This document shows positions 21,462-34,401 of a stretch of DNA of 63,234 nt, in pieces (positions within the stretch are counted from its first letter, which is position 1; each line of letters starts with the position of its first letter). Below the pieces are notes generated by a model that worked only from the letters and a program-made list of their open reading frames with translations, did no database searches and had not been told where the DNA came from. Both the position numbers and the translations under genes were made by a program. The DNA is from Vitrella brassicaformis CCMP3155 (taxonomy: Eukaryota > Protista > Chromerida). Where the stretch lies: positions 1-63,234 of the forward strand of contig CDMY01000504.1 in the NCBI GenBank assembly GCA_001179505.1, in the 5' to 3' direction.

Positions 21462-24025
21462 ATGGAGGATGATTGTGATGCATCGGAGGACGGCATGGCG
21501 ATATCGGGTCCGGCAGCCGGCCATCTCACCTGGCGATGGGTCATGAGCGAGGTACACACAGCCTCTCCTGTTCCCTTTGTTTTTGTGCATGGTTCTGTTC
21601 GTCAGCTGCGTCTGCGTGACGAGATCCGGCAGCTGCAGGAAAAGGTCAAGGTGAGCATACTGAGAGAGTGCAGCCAACAAAACACCTGCAATCGCCTTCC
21701 CCTGCTGTCGCAGCTGAGTTGTGATGCGCGTCAAGAGGACCGCAGTGGTCCTTCTGGTGACGAGTTGAACGCCTTACTCGCACTCGACGAGGCCCTCAGC
21801 GCAGCGGCGGTGGCGCTAGATGGCCCACAGCACACCAACGACGCCGACCCACCCGCTGAGGTACACACACGCATACACATTGACAATGAGTTGGAAAAAA
21901 GAGGTGGAGACCGGTCTCTGTGTTCATTGTCATCCTTCGGCCTCACTCAGGTGGCCGCAGCTGATTCCGATTTGAGTGCCGCTGCCCCACCGCAGCCGTC
22001 ATATCGACTCGTCCATCGATCGGGACGACCGCCACCCAACCAGCCGCCGGTGAGGACACAAAAAGAACGACCCGCCACCTCTGTGCACTCAATCACATCT
22101 GTCTGTGTCGGTCTGTCTGTGTCTAATTCCTAGGCCCGACTTCGTCTCTCTCCTGACGAGCTTGCCAACGTCTTCGGCTTCACTCACCCCTGGGAGCTGA
22201 CCCGTCGTCGCCGCGTCCTCGGCAAGACCATCTTTAACGGGGCGGCCGCCAACTGCACGCACGTCACCATCGACGGATCGGCCGAGGGCGGCGTGCGGCA
22301 GCTGTGGGAGAGGATGCCCCTCGAGACAGCCTACAAGTGGGGGCAGCGGTTCCGCAACATCACTCGTCTGCACACCATCCTCACCAGAGGCACCAGGCGC
22401 TGGTGCCGTGGCATTTGGGTGGCCTTGATCGAGGGCAACGCGGCGGCCGATGGCGAGGAGCAGGAGCACGAGGGAGACGAGGGGCTGGTGGGGGGAGGGT
22501 CGGCAGACGCAGTGCCATCCGCCTCGTCCATCAAGGTCCTAAGCTTCGACCACGACCACGGCAATTGGTTTGACCTGGACAGGTCGGCGGATGCCACCGA
22601 GAGGTTGGCCGACCCAATGTCTCCCTCCCCCTCACCCATCAAGCTGTCTCAGCTGCAGCGAGTGCACGACATTGGCCACTCATACGCAGCTGTACGTGGT
22701 GGTCGCGGGTGGGTGACGCCGTCCCTACGCGTGCTGACCTTCTTCAACGATCAGAGTGGCGTCTCGGAGGGCGTGCACAGCTGGATGGGTGGGGAGGAGG
22801 GGGCGGATGAGCACACGCGTCCTCATCTGGAGGAGTTCCATGCTTACCTGTCCCTGTACACGAAGCAGGTCCTCTTGTCCAAGGCCCCTAAGGACGGCAG
22901 CTCCCTCTCCCGCCTGCAAACTATCGGACCCATTGGACCTGTGCTCGACAACAGTCGGGCGGTGGACGAGCTGCGTCAGACTCTGGTGGAGCGGGGCTGC
23001 CGCAAGAGCCTTCGCGAGCTGCAGATCCGCCTCCCCACCCGCGCCGAAAGAACCCACCAGCGCGTGCTGCGTGACATTGGACAGCTGGTGGACGAGGTGG
23101 TGCGGCCAGATGCCCTCGACAACGTGACGGTCACTGGGGATCGGTCCGCGGGCCTCATCATGGACATCGAGCTTATCGGATGGATGAGCACAGAGTCGCC
23201 ACAGGTATGGAGCGACAGACACACCAATGGCGTCGATGCACACAGCAGGTCTCTGTGCTTGTGCATATGGCACCAGGTGCAGAGGATCGTTCGTGCGTAT
23301 GCCGCGGCCGCGGCCAAGGTGCAGTACGATGGCGGCGTCCTGACCGACCCCAACGCCACCGCCACCACCACACACTTCCCCCGCGCACACGCATTCACCT
23401 TCACCAGCGGCCCCCCCTCCCAGGTGACCCTCGACGGCCTCGCCAGGACCGTCGCCAAGATGCCCCAATGCCGCTGCATTAGCTTCGGGGGCCCTGGTGG
23501 TGATGCACCTCTTAGCCGGGCCGTGTCGTTCTTCGAGGCCCTCAAGGGCCAGCTGGCGACCAGGGTGGTGGTCGTGGGGAGAGAGTGCTCGAGTCAGTGG
23601 CGATTCCACAGAGGGTCAAGACCATCCTAGACCACAGCGATGCCCTGCAGGAGTGGGCCACGCAGGACCTGCCGGCCATCAAGAACGTCAAGATAGATGT
23701 GTGGGGTAAGACCTGCCTGCGCACACACACGTCTTGCCTCATTCATGTACTGGGTATGTGGTGGATGTTTCTAGGTGACCTACCTCCTGGTATGACAGCG
23801 GATTTCTACGCATCGCTGACGGCGGTGCTCGTCGCCTTCATCCGCAGGCCCGGCGTGCACACGGCATGCGCCCAGCTGAATTCTGGAGGGCTGGCGGGAG
23901 AGGTGCGCTGGGTCTTCAACGACGAGCAAGCCACGCTCGACCGTCATGCGGCGACCAGGCTGCTCAGAGACCACTACACTATCAGGATGAACGACGACAC
24001 CATCATCTTCGAGAAAAGCACTTAG
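21462..24025 (+). CDS. F-box/LRR-like protein of an expanded lineage-specific family
   Basis: PSYRL..PP motif, F-box-like SLPDELANVFGFTHPWELTRRRRVLG, then Lxx/LxxL repeats (LQRVHDI, LRVLTF, LEEFHA, LSRLQTI, LRELQI). Confidence 0.7.
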
Positions 24026-24041
24026 ATAGATTGACTGAGAC

Positions 24042-24173
24042 CACGCAGGGGAAGTACCCGGAGCTGGAGTGAGTGATGAAACGGCCGGGTAGCTGGCTGC
24101 ATGCCGGGTGTCTTTCTGAAGTGCACTTTTATCGAGAGGGCTAGTTATTTGTCATGTGTGTACTTTTGTGCCT
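24042..24173 (+). repeat. ~130-bp repeat, inverted copy of 20324-20453
   Basis: See the partner copy; starts 17 bp after the stop of the F-box/LRR gene. Confidence 0.9.
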
Positions 24174-24739
24174 AAGTCTCTGATGCAGAAGGGCGGACGC
24201 GCGAGAGGACCTTCGTTAGGTCCGCGAGTGTGGTCTGATGAGTTCGGCGTCTGTTGCAAATCACTTGAGTGAGTGAATGGGCGAGAATATGTATGGGTGT
24301 ATGTATACACAGTATATGTGCGTCTGGTAAGTATGCGCACAGACAGATAGACAGGTAGTGTAAGTATGCACACAGACTTGGATCGAAGAGAGCAAGCAAA
24401 GCAGCTAGCTATCGGGTCAGTCGAAAAACAATTGATGGACCAGGGATGCAGTGAGCCATCACGAGTCAGTCCACACGACCTTAAACCGCATCACACAAAG
24501 GCCCGCATGCAGCACGGTTGAAAGAGTCAGCTGCAGGGCACACTCACACTGTGCAGACAGTGGGTGCCGCACTGTGGGTGCAGTGCATCGGCCTGTCTGA
24601 TCGAGACTGTTGGTGTGCGACGCTGCATGGCGGTCTATCGAACCAAACAGCCAAGTAACTAACGGCCTATGGAAAGAACAGCAAAGAGAGAGGTGACGCG
24701 AAGATGTTTGTGTCAGCGTTCGTCAGGCACTCACCGGTC

Positions 24740-26700
24740 TGTCACTCACCGTGTTCTATTTCCTTCTCTCCACGCCCACGCGACCCTCGCGGCCAGCTGG
24801 CACACGCACCTGACCAAAAGGAAACGGAAAGCCGGGCATCGATACACAAATATGATCACAAACACACTATCACACCATGCCATGAACACACCGCCAGTCA
24901 CTTTGTCTGTGTGCGCCTTCACTGCTTACCCCCTTCTTTACAGCTCGTTCGATCCACTCCTGCAGCTGGAGCTGCTCGCCGTACGCCACGATGCCCAGTC
25001 GCTTGTCCATTTCGTCGAGCATCTTGTCCTCGGCCCTCTCACTCAGCCGACGCAGAGCTCGACCACCCATCCTGTGCTGCACACCACACAGACACACACA
25101 GGGAACCATCCGTGACGTGGCTCATCCTGACCTTGCTCTGTCCTTGTCCCCCTGACCTTGCTCATCGTGGAGGCCAGGCTGCAAATGATGCCGTCTGTGT
25201 CCGCCAGGAAAGCCCTCTCGACCTCCTGCCACGACAGCTCGTCGAGGGCCCTGACGTCCCACCCGTTGTCCCGATGACGGCCGCCACCGACATGGCCCCC
25301 CGCACTGGCGGCTGCAGCAGCTGCCGCGGCCTCCAGACGACAAAACGACGTCGAAGGCAAACCTGACCACACAAACCACGGCCATAGAGACATGTGCACA
25401 TTGACACACCCAGGTACATACCCGTGCCCCCTCGTATTACATTACCTGACGCGCGAGGTTTCTTGGCTTCTGGCTGCTGTGCGGCCAGCCCATCTCTGTC
25501 GGCCTCCCTCTTGCTGCCCCGCTGGCGTTTGTCAGCACCTCCCCGGCAGCCCCTCGGTCGACGACGGCGCCCCTTCCTCGACCGATGCCAGAAGCCATCT
25601 CGGTCATCCCCATCAGGAGCACCAGCAGAACCGGCAGCGGCAGCATCGGCAGCAGCGGCCACAGCTGACGGGCATTTGAGTATCCTCTTGCCCTCTTCGA
25701 TCGCTAAGCTGTGTGTCTTGTTGGGTGGCTTGGTCAGGTCGGCCGAGCTCTCCGTCGCGAATGCGGCGCAGCGTGCTGGCCAGCTCGAGGAAGGACCATG
25801 GGCGGGTCAGCACCGCCTGGATGTAAAAGACCTGGGGGTCTCCATCGGTGTTGACCGGCCCCACAGTGACGTTGAAACTGACCCACTCCCGGCGGCCGTC
25901 AGGCCTTCTGCGCTCGAATGTGGCCATGTCCGCCAGCCCATCGAACACGTCATCGTATGTGGGCGATGCACGTGTGCACTTCTTGACGTAGGCATCACGG
26001 AGGCTGATCTCGTGGGGATCGGTGGGGGGGCGGGGGAAGCGGCCCCGGTTGGCTGAAGGGGGACAAGGGCATATTGCTTGGTGAGCTTGGTGAGAGGGGG
26101 GAGGTGCCTGCTTGGGGGGTGTGGTACGTGATGGTCGGTCGGTCTTGGAGCAGGAGCGCTGTCTGTCCTCCTGAACACCTGCACACAATGACACCGTCCA
26201 TATATATATATATATATGTGTGTGTGTATCACTTGGGTGAGTATCCGTGTGTGTACCATTGCTGTCATGCACGTTGTCTCCATCGTCCTCGTCTAGCTCT
26301 CGGTCCTCATCCTCATCGCCTAGGAAAAGACGGACGAACAGGGCGATGCATTGGAACGCTCATACGGTGGCGTGCTGTGTGTGTCGTGTGTTGCTCACCG
26401 GAGTAGCCGCCAACGCCGCCCATATCTGCACACACACACAGAGGGAGCGACGGAGAGCTACCAAGACCGTCAGCACCGAGAGTGTGTGCGTTGCGTACCA
26501 TCGTCTTGCCAGTCTTCGTCAACGCCCTTGCCCTTCATGTCAACGTCTTCCCGCCCGTCCTTGACTAAGGCACCGCCACCGTCACCGCCGCCCTCGTGGC
26601 TCGTCCGGCCCGGTGCCGCACTCTGCTGGTGCTGGTGCTGCTGCTCCTGTCGAGGGGGATCATCCTGTGGTTCGGTCTTGACGGTGACGACAGGTGGACC
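24740..26700 (-). CDS. Paralog of 15031-17432 (unknown domain + SAM-like C-terminus)
   Basis: DPHEISLRDAYVKKC..VFDGLADMATFERR matches DPHEASLRAAYLAKC..VYEGLADRATFERR. EMDKRLGIVAYGEQLQLQEWIERAVKKG matches the SAM-like exon. Confidence 0.55.
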
Positions 26701-27287
26701 ACGAACAACTACACGATGAACAACATGGAAAACACAGTGCGTGTGCTCTCAGCGATCCATTAATGACCACAGATGTGCTTCCCTACCGTAAAAAGATGCC
26801 CCTCCGGGCGGGGCGAGACTTGTGGGAGTCAACGTGGCGAGCCCCGGCAGCTTTCGAATCGCCTTTCTGCTCCATCACCAGCACACCGGCTCAGGGCGGC
26901 CGTCCTCAAGGCAACAGCTGACAGAGAAACGAGGGCTTTTGGTACTCGTCCTTCTGTTCGGGTGGATCAGCTCAGCAGGCCTGCGTGACGGACGAGATGC
27001 GACTACCTGAAAGTGGATCTACCGAAAGGAGTGTACTACAGCAGCAACAGCGGCGAAAAAAGAGTTTCCCCTCCTCCGCTGAGCTCGCAGACCCTCGCCG
27101 CTGCTAACGGAATGCGGCTACATTCATTGAAGATGGGTTGAGAGGCACGCATACGTACGTGTAGAACATGCTTCATTTGAATCGAATCATGCACGGTAGA
27201 TCTTCATAGTCACATGCACTCCAAACAGACAACAGCTGGCATCACAAAAACCAGCGAAGCCAAGCAGGCAGGCAGGCAGGCATGCAC

Positions 27288-28911
27288 CTACGCCTGCCTG
27301 CCTCTGCCTCTATCATCCCTTCTCTCTCTCTCTCTCTCTCTCTTCTCCTCATCGTTCTCGTCAGTGTCACGCTCTCGTGACTTGTCCTCGGCCCCTTCCT
27401 CTCCCCTGTAGTCGTCCTCAGCGAACTCACTCTCCTCCTCCTCCTCGCCGCCACTCTCAACATCCTCGTAGCTCCCGAAGGCGTCTTCTGCCGGTGGCGG
27501 TCTGGGTGGCCGCTCCTTGGGCCTCTCGCCTGTGGTGACCTCCCAGACCTGGTCGAGGGCATCGCGGAGATTCATCACGCCGGCCTCGCTGTCATCCACA
27601 TATTCCTTGATCGCAGAAAGCTCCTCGCGCGAGAACAAAGGCAACCTGCACACACTCACACAGGAGGATGGTTGGCCGCTTTCCTGCCCGTGAAGCTGAT
27701 GTGTGTGTGTGTGTACCTCTCGATGAGGACTTCCTCCATGCCCTCGATCATCTCGACGCTGTCGAGTGACAGCGAGTTGAAGGCGTGGAAGAGCCGGCCC
27801 AGCGATGGCGTGTCGAACTCATCGGCTAGCATGACGGCTCGCCGGGCGATCAGCCGATAGAGCGGATGGCTGCGGTACTGATGCAGGGCGAAAGCAGCCG
27901 CCAGACCGGCGATAGTGGCTGCTTCCACTTGTGTCTTGGTCTCAGGATGGCTCAGACGGGCGGCCACTTTGCGCGACACACGCCTGCATACACCACCGAC
28001 AGAGGCACGAGCACATTTGCAGTGGCTGATGGCTGTCTGCCTGTTTGTGTACCTGCACACTGTCCTGTCGATGTGGTCGACTCTGTCCAGTGCAAAGAGC
28101 AGCTGCACGATGTCATTGAGACTCAGCTGGTGCATGACGTTCGGCAAATGCGAACACAGCGAGCGAAAGGTGTCTGAGTTCACATAAATAAACCAAACCA
28201 CACACATTCGCCTGTGTGTGTGTGCCTGAGTTGTGGTTCGTACCCATGGCCTTCTTGGCCCTCCTGCTGAGCAGATCTGCCATGGCCACGAGCGACAGGC
28301 CGTCGAAACGAGTGATCCGCAGGGGAATCATGGCCGCCATTTCCTGAAACACACCTGCAGGCAGCTTGCAACAGACAATCAATGCATGCTGACAATACTA
28401 GTCGTTTTCTCATCCTCCCTCCCTCCCTCCCTCCCTGTCTGCCGGGCTGTCTGTCGACTTGCCTGTGTCCTTGTCGTGCTCATCGAATGCTCTGCCGATG
28501 ATAGCCATGTCGAGTGGCTGCAGCAGGTGCATCGACAGCTTGGCGCGCTTCGAGAAGATCTCCCAGAAGGCCCGTTTCTTCTTGGTGCCCACGTCGACCA
28601 GCAGCTTCTCCGCCGTCTGCACCAGGTGGCGCACATCAGCATTCACCAACACGTTCTGATAGTCATGCCTGCACCAACAGAACCCACAAAGATCTGTGCC
28701 ATCATTCTTTTATTCATTCATTCGGCCTTTCTTCCTGCTGGGCTGACCGGATAGGTCTGAGTTTGAACCTGATGCTCCTCTGCGGCCCATCGCTCGTGGC
28801 TGCGCGGACATCCAGATGCGACAAGCCTCTCACACAAGACGGCGGCGCAGGGGCACTTCCTGCTGCCAACTGCAACTGGGGAGGATGCAGCCTGCAGGAG
28901 ATGGGCAGCAT
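27288..28911 (-). CDS. Helical-repeat protein (HPR/FASTK-like, probably organellar RNA-binding), copy 1
   Basis: Spliced exons of amphipathic helix pairs (RAFWEIFSKRAKLSMHLLQPLDMAIIGRAFD; LSLNDIVQLLFAL; FDTPSLGRLFHAFNSL), acidic tail, basic N-terminus. The family call is by resemblance only. Confidence 0.5.
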
Positions 28912-29480
28912 TTCTGGGAGGGTGGGATTGGCTTCAAGCTCGCAAGTGGAAGAGGGACAGCAGGTCGTTGGTCTGTCCGTCTGCCGAGGATCAGGGGAAG
29001 ATCCAGCTGGCTCGCAATCAATGCACGTCTAAGCTCGCAGGGTTCCAAACCCTGCAGTCAGTAGGTGGAGGCTTTTTCCCATTCATTGCAAGTGGGGCTG
29101 GGAGGCCGGGAAATGACTGCTGGTGTGATGGACTGTGTGTGTGGGGAGTTTGAGCGGCTGGCCTTGCGTGTGCGAGAAGTGGGTATGCGGCAGGGAGGGT
29201 ATCGATGGGGTGAGTGCGTTGAAGGGGTGAGAGGTGCAATTTGGTGGAAAGGGCGAATAGCGAGGCGATGTTGGTTGGCAGTTTTCAGAACTTCTTGTAG
29301 ATAAGCTATACAGTCAATACTCGTCCTTCCACGGCATCGCCAAGTTGGCAAAAAAGCCATGGACAGATAGAGAGAGGGAGAGACAACCAGTGCGTGCAGG
29401 GGTGAGTGGGGGTGCAAGGGGGGGTCCATACGATGCACACACACACAGAGAACGCACACACACACACACACACAGGCTCA

Positions 29481-29810
29481 GGCTCGGCCCTTCGGGCCTC
29501 GCCTTCGCATCAGCGGCACACACACACACTTAGACAGACACAGGCGAGGCAGGTTTCGCTCGGCTTGGCTCCGCCCGGCCCTTCGGGCCTCGCCTTCGCC
29601 TGAGTGACACACACACACAGAGAGGGAGGGAGGGAGGGAGGGAGGGAGAGACAATCGAATGAGTGCAGGGGGCAGATGGGATGGATGTGTGTGTGTGTGG
29701 GTGGGTGGGGGTCGTGTGTGTGTGTGTGTGATGCACACACACACAGAGAACACACACAGACTCAAGACAGACAGACACGCTCGCCTCGGCCATTCGGGCC
29801 TCGCCTTCGC
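29481..29810. repeat. Three copies of cggccMttcgggcctcgccttcgc embedded in (CA)n/(GA)n microsatellite tracts
   Basis: Copies at ~29484-29508, 29576-29599 and 29786-29810. Confidence 0.85.
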
Positions 29811-30082
29811 ACGACAGACACACCCACAGAGAGAGAGAATCGATCGGTGCAGGGCTGAATAAATGAATGTGTGTGGGGGGTGCATACATAGCTTGCGATG
29901 CACCCACCCACCCACACACACACACACACACACAAAAAATACACAAGAAGGACAGGCACCTACCTAATCACACGCACCCACACATACACACGCTCACACG
30001 CACACACCCTCCGATCGATCCCACACGTGTCGTGTGGTGTGGTGTGGTGTGCGCCACGGCCACACACACGCCTTGCTGCACA

Positions 30083-30132
<50 letters not shown>

Positions 30133-30189
30133 GAGAGGGCCGGCTGCCGATGTGTCTTGGTTGAGAGGGGAACGCACTGATGCGCTCAC

Positions 30190-31669
30190 CGGTAATGGTG
30201 GGTTGGTATTTCTGGCAGAAGTCAGCTACCATGGCGGACACGCGCAGGTTCTGAATCGGCTGGATGTCACACGCGACGACCTCAGCAATCTCTCTCAGGA
30301 AGAGCCGGCCCAGCGATGGCGTGTCGAACTCATCGGCCAGCATGACGGCTCGCCGGGCGATCAGCCGATAGAGCGGATGGCTGCGGTACTGGTGCAGGGC
30401 GAAAGCAGCCGCCAGGCCGGCGATGGTGGCTGCTTCCACTTGTGTCTTGGTCTCAGGATGGCTCAGACGGGCGGCCACTTTGCGCGACACACGCCTGCAT
30501 ACACCACCGACAGAGGCACGAACACATTTGCAGTGGCTGGTGGCTGTCTGCCTGTTTGTGTACCTGCACACTGTCCTGTCGATGTGGTCGACTCTGTCCA
30601 GTGCAAAGAGCAGCTGCACGATGTCATTGAGACTCAGCTGGTACATGACATTCGGCAAATGCGAACACAGCGAGCGAAAGGTGTCTGAGTTCACATAAAT
30701 AAACCAAACCACACACATTCGCCTGTNNNNNNNNNNNNNNNNNNNNNNNNNNNNNNNNNNNNNNNNNNNNNNNNNNNNNNNNNNNNNNNNNNNNNNNNNN
30801 NNNNNNNNNNNNNNNNNNNNNNNNNNNNNNNNNNNNNNNNNNNNNNNNNNNNNNNNNNNNNNNNNNNNNNNNNNNNNNNNNNNNNNNNNNNNNNNNNNNN
30901 NNNNNNNNNNNNNNNNNNNNNNNNNNNNNNNNNNNNNNNNNNNNNNNNNNNNNNNNNNNNNNNNNNNNNNNNNNNNNNNNNNNNNNNNNNNNNNNNNNNN
31001 NNNNNNNNNNNNNNNNNNNNNNNNNNCAGATCTGCCATGGCCACGAGCGACAGGCCGTCGAAACGAGTGATCCGCAGGGGAATCATGGCCGCCATTTCCT
31101 GCAACACACCTGCAGGCAGCATCAAACAGACAATCAATGCATGCTGACAATACTAGTCGTTTTCTCATCCTCCTCCCTCCCTCCCTCCCTCCCTCCCTCC
31201 CAGGGCTTGCCGGGCTGTCGACTTGCCTGTGTCCTGGTCGTGCTCATCGAATGCTCTGCCGATGATAGCCATGTCGAGTGGCTGCAGCAGGTGCATCGAC
31301 AGCTTGGCACGCTTCGAGAAGATCTCCCAGAAGGCCCGTTTCTTCTTGGTGGCCACGTCGACCAGCAGCTTCTCCGCCGTCCGCACCAGGTGGCGCACAT
31401 CAGCATTCACCAACACGTTCTGATAGTCATGCCTACCAACAGAACCCACAAAGATCTGTGCCATCATTCTTTTATTCATTCGGCCTTTCTTCCTGCTGGG
31501 CTGACCGGATAGGTCTGAGGTTGAACTTGATGGTCCTCTGCGGCCCATCGCTCGTGGCTGCGCGGACATCCAGATGCGACAAGCCTCTCACACAAGACGG
31601 CGGCGCAGGGGCACTTCCTGCTGCCAGCTGCAACTGGGGAGGATGCAGCCAGCGGGAGATGGGCAGCAT
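30190..31669 (-). pseudogene. Second, 3'-truncated copy of the helical-repeat gene fused in frame to a GST-zeta-like exon
   Basis: Near-identical to 27810-28930 until PSLGRLF (~30300), then reads LREIAEVVACDIQPIQNLRVSAMV (GST-zeta IQPxQNL motif) up to a GT donor at ~30190. It spans the N gap. Confidence 0.6.
30727..31026. other. Assembly gap (300 N)
   Basis: Run of N. Confidence 1.
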
Positions 31670-31791
31670 TTCTGGAGCGGTGTGGGATTGGCTTCAAGCT
31701 CGCAGTCTTTGAGTGAAGAAGGGAAGATCTGTCGTTTATCTGTCCATTTGCCGAAGATCTGGAGCAGACCTACCCCGTTTCGTTCGCAAAC

Positions 31792-34401
31792 ATGTCGTCA
31801 TTCGTCGGATTTCTCCTCATCGCATCTGCCGCTGGTCTCTCGTGCCGTCCCACCTCAGCCTGGCAGCCTTATGAGCACCTCAAGATGCCTCTCGCTTCAC
31901 CTCTGGCGGGAATCGACCGCCCGACTCATCGCCTGCGACGCGCGCCGTCCTTCGTCCCACCTACCATCGCGGAGCCTGCTGCTTCCACACTGGCAGGGGG
32001 GCGGCGTGCGGCGCCTGGGTGGTTGTCGCTGAATGAGGGGGGATCCATGGATTGGTGGGTGTCGGGGCCAATGGTGGAGGATATGGTTGCCAGCTACACG
32101 AGGGGGCTGGACGACGTGCCGCTGCCCCTGCAGGCGTCCATCTTCCGGATGATTCCCGCACACCCTTATGAGACGCCGACCGGACTACACGGAGACCCTG
32201 CATGTGAGTGCAGTGCAAATGTGGTGGGTGGGTGGGTGGGTGAGGGATGGTTATGGGTGGTGTGGCGTCCTTTCGTTCCCTTGTCCCTCTTTGTGTGTGT
32301 GCAGCCCATGTTCTCGCCTCCACCTTCTTGCTGGACGCGCCTCATGAGCCGCTGTTCGTCACGCGAAGCGACAAAGTCATTGACGCAGGTCAGGTCAGCC
32401 AGGGGGGTAGAGTAGAAGGGGGAAAAGAACGTGGCTGCGTTGTGTGCATGATGTCAGACTATGTGATACTCCAGTCGACGTTCACCAACAGCACAGTAAG
32501 TTTGTATGTGGACGGGACGGGCAGAGGGATGGCAGCTCGTAGCCTACACGCACCACACACTACATTCCACCCAACTGATGCGTGTGCGCACTGCAGCTGT
32601 TGGGTCGTGTGGTCATGAAGTGCCCCAAGTGGGATGTGGCCTTCATCAAACTCCAAGAGCCATACTCACTCGACGTAAGTCGACGAGCCGCACATCAGAC
32701 AGGCAGGCAGGCAGGCAGGCAGTTCTTTCCTCCTTCCATCATTCAGGCATACAAGCAGTATGTGAGTGAGAAGCTGGGTGGCGTTGTCCCCGAGCCGTTC
32801 GTGGCGGAGGACGCCTCACACGAGGCCATCGAGGGCGCACCAGTCATGGTGATGGGCTACATGGCCAACCAAGGCTCCATGCTGCCAGCTGATGTCGAGG
32901 TGGGTGAGGGTGAGGGCAAGCTTTCGTACAGCCCATATACCGGCCCAGCTACCCTGCACGGCACACTCAAGGGTGAGGGGAGGTGGGAGGGGACGCAGAC
33001 AGACTGAATGCCATGTGCCTCTCTGCATTCTGTCACATTTCCTCGCTCACCCGTGTGTGTACATGTCAGATACTCTGTGCTCCATCGAGAATGGCGTGAT
33101 GCTGCCGCACAATGTCTACGTCCCTTTCGGCACGTCTGGCGGCCCCACCGTCGAGCGCAACACGGGCAGAGTGCTGGGCATGAGCGCTGTTGCCTACCTA
33201 GGTATGATTCATGTACGTGGACCGTTCGTTCCTTTGTGACTGCATCTTTGGTTGGTGTAGAGGACGAGGATGACGAAATGGCCCCGTCTGAGATGCCGAC
33301 ATTTCTGTCTGTGTTCGTCTGGAAGCTCCTCATGCTCGCCCGGGTGTACGCCGACAACCAGAAGGAGGAATTCACTACAATCGTAAGACAGACCACAGAC
33401 AACAGACAGACAGACACCCACACCCACACCCACCCACCGATCTTCTCGCCTTCTCTACGCATCGATGCGATGCATGGATGCCTCCCCATCCATGCAGGTC
33501 GGTATTCCTCGTCTGGAGAAGGATTGGTCCAAGAATGAGACCGAGATGTGTTTCTCAGAGGGCCTTATGAAGGCCGGCTTGGCGTCTGCAAGCTACGAAG
33601 AGATGGCGCCTCTCGACGTCGAGATTCAGCAGCTTCGAGAGGCTTTCACGGACGCGGTGCTGCGGAAGCACTGGGACGTGCTGTCGGTGGCGTTTGGGAT
33701 GGAGAACATCAAGAAGGAGGACATCGACGAGATGCCTGCGCCCATCTTCTTCGTACGCTTGAGCAAGACCAAAATGATCCTTCAGTCACCGATCCGCCCA
33801 CCAAATAAATGTGTGCGTGTGTGTGTCCCCCTGTGCACTGCAGCAAGTGCTGCACGACCTGATGTATCTGTGGGTGAACCCACACATACATCAGGTCCCT
33901 GCCAGAAGAGACTGGGTACACAGCAGGCAGCCGCTGATTTGATTAGCACTGAGTGAGTATCGATCGCTGCCTTCCTTGTGTGTGTGTGGCCATACATACA
34001 TACATACATACATAAATCTGCAGGTCGATCGTCATCGGTATCTGTTTCCTACTGTGTCCGAGCTGCTGGGTCGCAACGCGACGGCCTTGGGCATGATGGG
34101 CATTGACTATTTCTTGGCGTCTGTCCAGGCCTACAATGCCAATGCCTTGAACGAGATGGGCCAGATGGTCACTCAGTCTATGCATGCGTCTGTCCTGGCC
34201 CAAAAAGGTAAGGTATACCTAGGGGGTCCTGTCGTATGTGTGTGTGCACACGCTAAGCTACAGGCAGGCAGGCCATTCGTTCAGCTACCAACGTATCCCT
34301 TGTGTGCCCACCTCTCCCTTCTTTCATTCATTCAGACACTGATGAAAGCATTGGCGCGCAGCCGGAGGGCTGATTTGATTTGTCGGGTCGGCAGGTGCTG
34401 A
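31792..34401 (+). CDS. Trypsin-like (S1/PA clan) serine protease with signal peptide and C-terminal helical extension
   Basis: Hydrophobic N-terminus. Spliced triad-like motifs ASHVL (His), WDVAFIKL (Asp) and FGTSGGP (Ser) occur in the correct order. Confidence 0.6.

Noticed and set aside
29481-29810. CRISPR-like array
   Set aside because: Only three units, spacers are unequal microsatellites, the context is eukaryotic, and there are no cas genes.
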